Notes under the pieces: generated by a model | Databases searched by the model: none | What the model saw: only the letters and a program-made list of their open reading frames with translations | What the model was told of the DNA's origin: nothing | Assembly (NCBI GenBank): GCA_046597055.1 | Contig: JBKJLC010000054.1 | Span: 1 to 11,863 of the forward strand | Direction: 5' to 3' | Source: Kofleriaceae bacterium | GTDB lineage: Bacteria; Myxococcota_A; Polyangia; Haliangiales; Haliangiaceae | DNA length: 11,863 bases | Program-made: the position numbers and the translations under genes | In this document: positions 1-9,300 of the stretch, in pieces | Numbering within the stretch: position 1 is the first letter of the stretch | Layout of the letters: every line of letters begins with the position of its first letter

Positions 1-2970
1 GCGACATCCTCGCGCGCGATCGGCGGGTCGTTGACGGCGGTGACGGCGACGGTGACGGTGGCGGTGGCGGTGGCGCCGTTGCCGTCGGCGATCGTGTACG
101 TGAAGGCCACGGTGCCGTTCGCATCGGCGGCGGGCTGGAAGCTCAGGCCGGCGCCGGTGAGGGTGACCGTACCGGTGGTCGGCTGGGTCACCGCGGTGAT
201 GGTGAGGCCATCGCCGTCGCGGTCGGTGTCGTTGGCGAGCACGTCGATCGCGGTCGCGGCGGCGTCCTCGGCCACCGTCGCGACGTCCTCGTTCGCGGTC
301 GGGGCATCGTTGACCGGCGTGACGACGACCGTCACGGTGGCGGTGGCGGTGCCGCCGTTGCCGTCGTCGATCGTGTACGTGAACGCCACGGTGCCGGTCG
401 CGTCGGCGGCGGGCTGGAAGCTCACGCCGGCGCCGGTGAGGGTGGCCGTGCCGGCGGCCGGCTGGGTCACCGCGATGATGGTGAGGACATCGCCGTCGCG
501 GTCGGCGTCGTTGCCGAGCACGTCGATCGCGGTCGCGGCGGCGTCCTCGGCGAGCGTCGTGGCGTCGTCGCGGGCGGTCGGCACGTCATTGACCGGCGTG
601 ATGACGACCGTGACGGTGGCGGTCGCGGTCGCGCCGGTGCCGTCGCCGATGCTGTACGTGAACGTGACGGTGCCGGTGGCGTCGGGCGCCGGCCGGAAGG
701 TCAGGCCGCTGCCGGTCACGACGACCGTGCCGCGCGCCGGCTGGTTGACCGCCGTGATGGCCAGGGGATCGCCGTCGACGTCGCGGTCGTTGGCGAGCAC
801 GTCGATCGCGATCGGGTCCGCGTCCTCGGCCACCGTGGCGGCGTCGTCGAGCGCGACCGGCGCATCGCGCACGGCGGTGACCGTGATCGTCGCCAGGGCG
901 GTGGCAGTGCCGCCGTTGCCGTCGCTGATCGTGTAGGCGAAGGTCATGGCGCCGGAGGCGTCGGCCGCCGGCTGGAAGCTCACGCCGGTGCCACCGCCGG
1001 TGATGACCACCGTGCCGTCGACCGGCTGGGTGACCGCGGTGATGGTCAGGACATCGCCGTCGCGGTCGGCGTCGTTCGCGAGCACCGCGATCGCCGTCGC
1101 CGCGGCGTCCTCGGTGACCGTGGCGACGTCGTCGCTCGCGGTCGGCTGATCGTTGACCGGTGACACGGTGACCGCGATCGTGGCGGTGTCGGTCAGGCCG
1201 GTGCCGTCATCGATCGTGTACGTGAAGGTCTCGATCCCGGAGGCATCGGCCGCGGGCCGGAAGCTCACGCCGGTGCCACCGCCGGTGATGACGACCGTGC
1301 CGCGGGCCGGCGCGGTCACCGCGGTGACGACCACCGGATCGCCGTCGACGTCGCGGTCGTTGGCGAGCACGTCGATCGCGGTGGCGTCGGCATCCTCGGC
1401 GACGGTGACGGCGTCGTCGGCTGCGGTCGGGGCGTCGGCGACCGGCGTGACCGTCACGGTGACGGTGGCGGTGGCGGTGCCGCCGTTGCCATCACTGATC
1501 GTGTAGGTGAACGCGTCAGCGCCGGTGGCGTTGGCCGCCGGCTGGAAGCTGAGGCCGGTGCCGCCACCGGTGATGACCACGGTGCCGCGGACCGGCGGGG
1601 TCACCGCGGCGACCGCGAGGACCTCGCCGGCGTCGGGCCCGGTCGAGTCGTTGGCGAGCACGGCGATCGCGGTGGCGGGCGCGTCCTCGGCGACCGTGAG
1701 GACCTCCCCGTTCGCGATCGGGAGATCGTTGACCGAGGTGACGGTGACGGCCACCGTGGCGGTCCGGGTCGTGCCGGTGCCATCATTGATCGTGTAGCTG
1801 AACGAGGTGACCCCGTGGAAGTCGGGGGCCGGCTGGAAGGTCAGGCCGGCGCCCGCGCCGGTGATGGTCACGGCGCCGCTGGCCGGCTGGGTGACCGCGG
1901 TGATGGTCAGCACGTCGCCGTCGACGTCGAGGTCGTTCGCGCGCACGTCGATCGCCGTCGCGGCGGCGTCCTCCGCCACCGTGACCAGGTCATCGCGCGC
2001 GATCGGCGGGTCGTTGACCGGCGTGACCGTCACCGTGACGGTCCCGATGGCGGTGCCGCCGCGACCATCGCTGATCGTGTACGTGAACGGGATGACCCCG
2101 TTGGCGTCGGCCGCGGGCTGGAAGGTGAGGCCGGTGCCGCCGCCGGTGATGACGACGGTGCCGTTGGTCGGCTGGGTGACCGCGATGATCGTGATCGTCT
2201 CGCCGGTCTCCGGGGCGGTCGAGTCGTTCGCGCGCACGTCGATCGCCCGCGGCGCCGCGTCCTCGGCGATGGTCACCGCGTCGGGGTTGGCGGTCGGCGG
2301 ATCGTTGACCGGCAGCACGGTGATCGCGATCGTGTCGGAGTCGGAGCGAGCGCCGCCCGAGCCGGAGTTGGCGCGATCGTTCGTGGTCATCGCGAGCGCG
2401 GCGTTGCCGGCGAAGTTCGGGCTCGGCGTGAACGTCACGGTCGGCAGCGCCGCGTTGAGCTGCCCGATCGGGCCGGTGAACACCAGCACCGGGTCGGACG
2501 TGCCGTCGCCGACGCTGAACATCAGCCCGGCGGTCCGGATGGAGACGCGGCCGTTGGTCGCCGCCAGCGTGATCTGCACGGCGGCACCCCCGGCATCGAC
2601 GTCGGCGGTCGACAGGCCCGCGAGCTCGAGGGTGGTGTCCTCGTTGATGGTCTGCGGTCCCGGGACGGTGTTGACCGGGGCGTCGTTGACCGCGGTGACG
2701 ACGATCGACACCGTCGCCGGGCTCGACGCCTGGGTCGCGTTCGCGGCGCGGTAGGTGAAGCTGTCGGTGCCGGCAAAGTTGCTGGCCGGCGTGTACGTGT
2801 ACGAACCGTCGCTCTCGAGCACGACCGAGCCGCTGGTGGGGCCGCTGGCAAGCACCGCGGTCAGCGTCGCCGCGTGCGGGTCGGTGTCGTTGGCCAGCAC
2901 CCCGGGTGCGGCGGTGATCAGCGCGGTGTCCTCGGCGATCCGGCCGGTGTCCGCGGTCGCGATCGGCGGT
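1..2970 (-). repeat. Coding tandem repeat array: 10 complete Ig-like units plus the start of an 11th
   Basis: Unit-start Val codons (V[N/A/R]DxP) at 2309, 2018, 1733, 1442, 1157, 872, 593, 314 and 35 give periods of 291, 285, 291, 285, 285, 279, 279, 279 bp. Shared motifs are AEDAxAxAIDVLAND, VTQPxxGTV and FTYTIxDGNGGTATATV. Two divergent units precede them at ~2310-2970. Confidence 0.9.
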
Positions 2971-3113
2971 GCGTGCGCCGCGGCGCCCTCGCGATGCACC
3001 GCGGTGTCGGCGAGGTCGGCAGGCGCTGGCGCGATCGCGCCCGGATCAGGCGCGTCGCTCGAGCATGCAGCGACGAGGAACGCGAGCGTCACAACGCGCA
3101 TGGACAGGCTCAT
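1..3113 (-). CDS. Large Ig-like (tandem-95/Big_9/cadherin-like) repeat surface lipoprotein, partial (3' end beyond window); paralog of 3338-10246
   Basis: Not in the ORF track because it has no stop in the window; translated by hand. ATG at 3113 with GGAGA just upstream. Begins MSLSMRVVTLAFLVAAC-SSDAPDP (lipobox, Cys17). Same frame is kept at every repeat start checked down to position 3 (...VNDPPIAREDV), >1037 codons. Alternative in-frame ATG at 3101. Confidence 0.93.
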   Translation of the reverse strand, partial: MSLSMRVVTLAFLVAACSSDAPDPGAIAPAPADLADTAVHREGAAAHAPPIATADTGRIAEDTALITAAPGVLANDTDPHAATLTAVLASGPTSGSVVLESDGSYTYTPASNFAGTDSFTYRAANATQASSPATVSIVVTAVNDAPVNTVPGPQTINEDTTLELAGLSTADVDAGGAAVQITLAATNGRVSIRTAGLMFSVGDGTSDPVLVFTGPIGQLNAALPTVTFTPSPNFAGNAALAMTTNDRANSGSGGARSDSDTIAITVLPVNDPPTANPDAVTIAEDAAPRAIDVRANDSTAPETGETITIIAVTQPTNGTVVITGGGTGLTFQPAADANGVIPFTYTISDGRGGTAIGTVTVTVTPVNDPPIARDDLVTVAEDAAATAIDVRANDLDVDGDVLTITAVTQPASGAVTITGAGAGLTFQPAPDFHGVTSFSYTINDGTGTTRTATVAVTVTSVNDLPIANGEVLTVAEDAPATAIAVLANDSTGPDAGEVLAVAAVTPPVRGTVVITGGGTGLSFQPAANATGADAFTYTISDGNGGTATATVTVTVTPVADAPTAADDAVTVAEDADATAIDVLANDRDVDGDPVVVTAVTAPARGTVVITGGGTGVSFRPAADASGIETFTYTIDDGTGLTDTATIAVTVSPVNDQPTASDDVATVTEDAAATAIAVLANDADRDGDVLTITAVTQPVDGTVVITGGGTGVSFQPAADASGAMTFAYTISDGNGGTATALATITVTAVRDAPVALDDAATVAEDADPIAIDVLANDRDVDGDPLAITAVNQPARGTVVVTGSGLTFRPAPDATGTVTFTYSIGDGTGATATATVTVVITPVNDVPTARDDATTLAEDAAATAIDVLGNDADRDGDVLTIIAVTQPAAGTATLTGAGVSFQPAADATGTVAFTYTIDDGNGGTATATVTVVVTPVNDAPTANEDVATVAEDAAATAIDVLANDTDRDGDGLTITAVTQPTTGTVTLTGAGLSFQPAADANGTVAFTYTIADGNGATATATVTVAVTAVNDPPIAREDV

Positions 3114-3136
3114 CGATCGTTCTCCGCGGCGACCCT

Positions 3137-3160
3137 GCGCTTCCACCAGAGAAGTCAGCA
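3137..3160 (-). promoter_or_regulatory. Conserved upstream motif, copy 1 (minus strand TGCTGACTTCTCTGGTGGAAGCGC)
   Basis: 21/24 identical to 10273-10296; lies 23 nt upstream of the ATG at 3113; contains a CTTC-N7-GAAG dyad. Function is inferred. Confidence 0.55.
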
Positions 3161-3208
3161 AGCCACCGCCGGCGGACATTATCCGGCCGCGGCGTGTCCC
3201 GGAACACC

Positions 3209-3224
3209 TGCGAATTTATTCGCA
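3209..3224. promoter_or_regulatory. Perfect inverted repeat TGCGAAT-TT-ATTCGCA, candidate transcription factor operator
   Basis: 7-2-7 dyad with an AT-rich core in very GC-rich DNA, ~100 nt upstream of the ATG at 3113. Confidence 0.45.
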
Positions 3225-3337
3225 TGCGCCAGGTCGGCACACCTGGCTCCAGGCCGGCGTTCTGGATCACATGAGCATCGTTTCCGGTTCGCCGGCGCGC
3301 AACCGAAGTCACAGCCGTGCGAGTCGGCGCTGCTCGG

Positions 3338-6300
3338 TCATTTCTCCTTGGTGTCCTCGCCGGCGCCCTGCTGCTTGTTCTCGATCGTCGTTCCGGCCTC
3401 GCCGAGCAGCTTGAACACCACCCGGCGGTTCTGCGCGCGGCCGGTCTTGGTCGTGTTCTCGGCGACCGGCTGGTCCTCGCCGTAGCCGACCGCGGTGAGC
3501 CGATCCGCGGGGACCTGCTTCTTCATCAAGTACGCGCGCACCGCGTCGGCGCGGCGCTGGGACAGCTGCTTGTTGTGGGTGGCGTTGCCCTGGTCGTCGG
3601 TGTGGCCCTGGATCTCGACGCGCAGCGCGCCGTGGGCCAGCAGCACCGTCGCCACGTTGTCGAGCAGCTTGTACGAGCGCGGCAAGATGACCGCCTTGTC
3701 GAGCGCGAAGTAGATGCTCTCGAGGATCTCGAGGCTCGTGCCGGTGAGCGTGACCAGCTGCTTGGTCTTGCAGCCCGAGTGCGCCTGGGGGCCCGGCTCG
3801 TCCGGGCAGGCGTCGAGGCGATCGACCACGGTGTCCTGGTCGCGGTCCGGATCGGGGCAGCCCCGGGTCTCGCTCGGACCCGGCTGGGCCGGACAGGTGT
3901 CGTCGGCGTCGACCAGGCCGTCCTGGTCGTTGTCGAGGTCGGGGCAGCCGTCGGTGTCCTCGAAGCTGTCGACGTCCTCGGCCACGGCCGGGCAGGTGTC
4001 GACATGATCGGCGATGGTGTCGCCGTCGGTGTCCTGGGCCGGGCAGCCGTCGAGCTCGGCGAGGCCGGGCGCCGCGCGGCAGGTATCGGCGCCGTCGAGC
4101 ACGCCGTCCTGATCGTCGTCGGGATCCGGGCACCCGTCCTGGTCGCTGAAGCCGTCGGCGTCCTCGGGCTCGAGCGGACAGCGGTCGCGCCGGTCGAGCC
4201 GGCCGTCACCATCGCGATCGAGCTCGGCCACCACCCGGTTCACCGGCTGGTCGGGGCTGCCGAGGCGGAGCCCGGCGAGCGCGCGCCAGTCGGGCGTGCC
4301 GTAGCCCTCGCGCAGGCCGCGACCGGTGGCCGCGAACAGGATCGCGGTGCGCCCGATGCGGAGGTTGGCGCCGGCCAGCGCTTCGAGCGCGTCCTGGTTG
4401 AACGTCTCGAACGGGTGGGCGGCCGCGATCGCGCCGGTGATCGTGAGATCGATCCCGACCGGCGGGCCGCCGCGGTCGGCGAAGCGATAGCCGACGCCGG
4501 CGCGGGCGAACACCTCGTCGTCGACGACGAGGTTGAGGAGCCGGGCCTGCTTGCGGGCGTGGTAGCCGGCGTTGATCGCCAGCCGCCAGCCAGTCCAGCT
4601 GCGCGAGGCCACGACCTCGGGCGCGAAGCCCACGCCGGCGTCGCCGAGGTAGTCCGAGTCCGAGCTCTTGGTCGGGAAGCTCACCGCCGGGATGACCGCG
4701 AGCCCGACGCCGTGGCGATCCTGGCTCAGCACGGTCAGCTTGGGGCTCAGCTGCAGATCGCCGACGCCGAAGCTCGACAGCGACTCGAGGTTCATCGCGC
4801 CGCCGGCGGTGGTGGTCCGGTCCTGCGCGAGCACCAGCGGGAGGTGGAACCCCAGGGTCAGCCAGCGCGTCGGCGCCAGCGAGCCGGCCAGCGCGGCCGC
4901 GGTGCGGTTCTGGACCAGCGCGCCGATCCGCTCGCGATCGCCCGCCATCTCCGTGTAGACGACCAGCGGATCGTTGGCGTAGCCGACCCACATCGCCAGG
5001 TCGAAGGCCATGCCGCCGCGACCCTCGGCCCACTCGACCCCGAGCAGGCCCTCGCGATCGCTCGCGAGCTGGAAGCGCTCGACCGAGAAGTTGCGCGGCT
5101 CGCTCGCGACCTGGGCGGCGGCGAGCGAGGGCGCGGTCACCACCGCGGCCAGCGCGACCACCACGGCCGCGTGGCGTCGGCGCCGGCGCCGGGTCAGCAC
5201 CGACAGCGCGAGGCCGAGCGCGACCAGCCCCCCGCCGTCGCCGCCGGTGGAGCAGCCGCCGCCGGACACGCCGACGTTGTCGCCGAAGCCGTCGCCATCG
5301 GCGTCGGGGTCGCAGGCGTCGCCCAGCGGATCGCGGTCGACGTTGACCTGCTCGGTGTTGGCGACGGTCGGACAGTTGTCGTCGGCGTCGGGCACGCCGT
5401 CGCGGTCGGCGTCGTCCGGGATCGGCGCGTCGTCGGTCGGATCGTTGGGATCGTGCTCGCCCTCGTCGACCTGGCCGTCGTGGTCGGCGTCCTCGGTGCC
5501 ATCGGTGATGCCGCCGCCGTCGGTGTCGGGATCCAGCGGGTCGGTGGTCGTGGTCGGATCGGCGTCGGGGACGAAGTGACCCGCGCTGACGTCGGTGTCG
5601 GGGTGGGCGGTGGTCACGCCCAGCTCGGTGCCGTCCTTGAGGCCGTCGTTGTCGCTGTCGGGATCGAGCGCGTCGATGGCGCCGTCGCCGTCGCTGTCCG
5701 CGCCGGGCATCGGCTCGAGGCCATCGAGCACGCCGTCGTCGTCGGAGTCGGCGTCGAACGGGTCGGTGCCGATCGCGAGCTCCTCGGAGTCGGTGAGTCC
5801 GTCCTCGTCGCTGTCGAGGCCGACCGTGACCATGACGATCGTGGTCGAGGTCTCGCCGTCGACGTCGGTCACCGTGTACTCGAAGGTGTCGGCGCCACGG
5901 TAGTCGGCGGTCGGCGTGTACGTGATCGTGCCATCGGCGTTGACGACCACCGTGCCGTGCGCTGGCGTGGTGGCGGTGGTCGTGATCGGGCCATCCCCGA
6001 GGCCGAGGTCGTTGCCGCGCACGTCGATCACCACGCTGGCGCCGGGGTCGACTCCCGCGAAGTCGGGCATCGCGATCGGCGTGTCATTCACCGGCGCGAC
6101 CGTGACCGTGACGGTCGCGGTGGCGGTGCCGCCGTTGCCGTCGCTGACCGTGTACGTGAACGTCACGACCCCGTGGAAGTTGGCGGGCGGCAGGTAGGTC
6201 AGGCCGGTGCCGCCACCGGTGATGACGACCGTGCCGCTGGCCGGCTGGGTCACGGTGGTGATGCGGAGCGGACCGCCGTCGACGTCGCGGTCGTTGCCGA

Positions 6301-9300
6301 GCACGTCGAGCGCGGTCGCGGCGGCGTCCTCGGCCAGCGCGATGGCATCGTCGATCGCGACCGGCGGGTCGTTGACCGGGGTGATGGTGACCGTGACCGA
6401 AGCGGTGGCGGTGCCGCCGTTGCCGTCGCTGATCGTGTAGTTGAACATCACGACGCCGGTGACGTCGGCGGCGGGCTCGAAGGTCAGGCCGGTGCCGTCG
6501 CCGGTGATGACGACGGTGCCGCTGGCCGGCTGGGTGACGCTGGTGATCCGCAGCGCGTCGCCGTCGACATCGCTGTCGGTGGCGAGCACGTCGATCGCGG
6601 TGGCGGGCGCATCCTCCGCCACCGTGATGGCGTCGTCGGTGGCGACCGGCGGGTCGTTGACCTCGGCGACGGTGATCGTGACGGTCGCGGTGGCGGTGCC
6701 GCCGTTGCCATCGCTGATCGTGTACGTGAAGGTCACGACGCCGTGGAAGTTGGCGGGCGGCTGGTAGGCCAGGCCGGTGCCGCCGCCGGTGATGGTGACG
6801 GTGCCGTCGGTCGGCTGGACCACGGCGGTGACCTGCAGCAGGTCGCCATCGACGTCGCGATCGTTGCCGAGCACGTCGATCACGGTGGCGATCGCATCCT
6901 CGGCCACGGTGGCGGCGTCGTCGATCGCGACCGGCGGGTCGTTGACCGCCGTCACGGTGATCGTGACGGTCGCGGTCGCGGTGCCACCCTCGGGGTCCCG
7001 GATGGTGTAGGTGAACGTGACGACCCCGGTCGCGTTGGCCGCCGGCTGGAAGGTCAGGCCGGTGCCGCCACCGCTGATGACCACGGTGCCATTCACTGGC
7101 TGGGTCACCGCGGTGATCTGCAGCGGACCGCCCTCGACGTCACGGTCGTTGCCGAGCACGTCGAGCGGGGTCGCATCCGCGTCCTCCGGCAGCGTGGCGG
7201 TGTCGTCGACGGCGACCGGCGGGTCGTTCACGGCGAGCACGGTCACGGTGACGGTCGCGGTATCGGTCCCGCCGTGGCCGTCACTGATCGTGTAGGTGAA
7301 CGTGATGGGGCCGCTGGCGTTGGCTGCGGGCTCGACGGTCAGCCCGGTGCCGCCGCCGGTGATGACGACCGTGCCGTTGGCCGGCTGGGTCGCCGCGGTG
7401 ATGGTGAGCGCATCGCGGTCGGGGTCGCGGTCGTTGCCGAGCACGTCGATCGGGGTGGCGATCGCGTCCTCGTTCACGGTGGCGGTGTCGTCGGTCGCGA
7501 CCGGCGGGTCGTTGACTGGCGTCACGGTGATCGTGACGGTGGCGGTCGCGGTGCCGCCGTCTCCGTCGCTGATCGTGTACGTGAAGATAATGACGCCGTT
7601 GGCGTCGGCGTCCGGCTGGAAGGTCAGACCGGTGCCCCCGCCGGTGATGACGACGGTGCCATTCGCCGGCTGGGTGACGGCGGTGATCGTCAGCGAGGCG
7701 CTGTCGAGGTCGCCGTCGTTGCCGAGCACGTTGATCGGGAGGGCGCCGGCGTCCTCGGCCACGGTGGCGGTGTCGTCGACCGCGACCGGCGGGTCGTTGA
7801 CGGGCGTCACCGTGACGTTGACGGTAGCGGTGGCGGTGCCGCCGTTGCCGTCGCTGATCGTGTAGGTGAACGTCACCAGGCCGCTAGCGTTGGCGGCCGG
7901 CTGGTAGGTCAGGCCGGTACCGGCGCCGGTGATGACGACGGTGCCATTGTCGGGCTGGGTCACGGCGGTGATCGTCAACGCGTCGCCGTCGGCGTCGCTG
8001 TCGTTGGCGAGCACGGCGATCGCAGTGGCGACCGCGTCCTCGGCCAGGGTGCCGGTGTCGTCGAGCGCGACCGGCGGGTCGTTGCTGCCGGTCACGGTGA
8101 CGGTGACCGTCGCGGTGGCGGTGCCGCCGTTGCCGTCGCTGACCGTGTAGGTGAACGTCACCAGGCCGCTGGCATTGGCGGCCGGCTGGAAGGTCAGGCC
8201 GGTGCCGCCGCCGGTGATGACCACTGTGCCCGCGCCGCCGGCCGGCTGGGTCACGGTGGTGATCGTGAGGGTCTCGCCGGCGTCGGGTGCGGCCGTGTCG
8301 TTGCCGAGCACGTTCACCGCGGTCGGCCCCGAGTCCTCGGCCACGGTGGCGGCGTCGTTGACGGCCGTGGGCGGATCGTTGACCGGCGTGACGGTCACGG
8401 TGACCGTCGCGGTGGCGGTGCCGCCGTTACCGTCGCTGACCGTGTACGTGAACGTCACGACCCCGCTGGTGTTGGCCGCCGGCTGGAAGGTCAGGCCGGT
8501 GCCGCCGCCGGTGATGACGACCGTGCCCGCGCTGCCGGCCGGCTGGGTCACGCTGGTGATGGTGAGGGTCTCGCCGGTGTCGGGCGCGATCGAGTCGTTG
8601 GTCAGCACGCTGATCGGGGTCGCGGCCGCGTCCTCGGCCACGGTGGCGCTGTCGTTGTTCGCGACCGGCGGATCGTTGACCGGCGTCACCGTGATCGCGA
8701 TCGAATCGACGTCGGTCCGCGCACCGCCGGCGCCGGTGTTGCCCTGGTCGCTGGTCGTGATCGTGATCGAGGCCGCGCCGCTGACGTTCGCGGTCGGCGC
8801 GAAGCTCAGGCTGGCCAGCGCGGTGTTGATGCTGGCGATCGTGCCGGTGAAGGTCATGGTCGTGTCCAACGTGCCGTCGCCGGTGCTGAACAGCAGGCCG
8901 CCGGTCCCGATCGTGATGCTGCCGCCGGTCGCCGCCAGCGTGACCTGCATGGTGGCGCCGCCGGCATCGACGTCCGCGATCGACACGCCGGTGATGGCCC
9001 GGCTGGTGTCCTCCGGGGTGGTCTGGGCTCCCGGCACGGTGTTGACCGGCGGGTCGTTCACCGGCGCGACCACGATCGTGACGGTCGCCGGCGTCGACAG
9101 CGACGTCGCGTTCTGCGCGCGATAGGTGAAGGTGTCGGTGCCGCTGAAGTTGGCGTTCGGCGTGTAGGTGAAGGACCCGTTGCTGTTGAGCGTGAGGGCG
9201 CCGTTGGTCGGCCCGGTGGCGAGCACGGCGGTGAGCGCGCCGCCCGACGGATCGGTGTCGTTGGCCAGGACGCCGGCCGCGGCCACGGTCAGCGCCGTGT

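Noticed and set aside
3155..3175. Possible sigma-54 promoter (CCGGCGGTGGCTTGC on the minus strand)
   Set aside because: GG-to-GC spacing is 9 nt rather than the required 10, and the equivalent position upstream of the other gene does not match.
31..3485. Chain of plus-strand ORFs (31-936, 946-1149, 1153-1506, 1507-1797, 1807-2754, 1815-3485, 2755-3414)
   Set aside because: Antisense shadows of the real minus-strand repeat gene. Their stops recur at the repeat period, at TAG complementary to xxC-TAC (Tyr) codon junctions.
5198..5200. In-frame GTG just before the Arg run as an independent start for the OmpA module
   Set aside because: It would give a plausible signal peptide, but no Shine-Dalgarno-like sequence precedes it (GGCCTCGCGCTGTCG). 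Not called, though not excluded without ribosome profiling.
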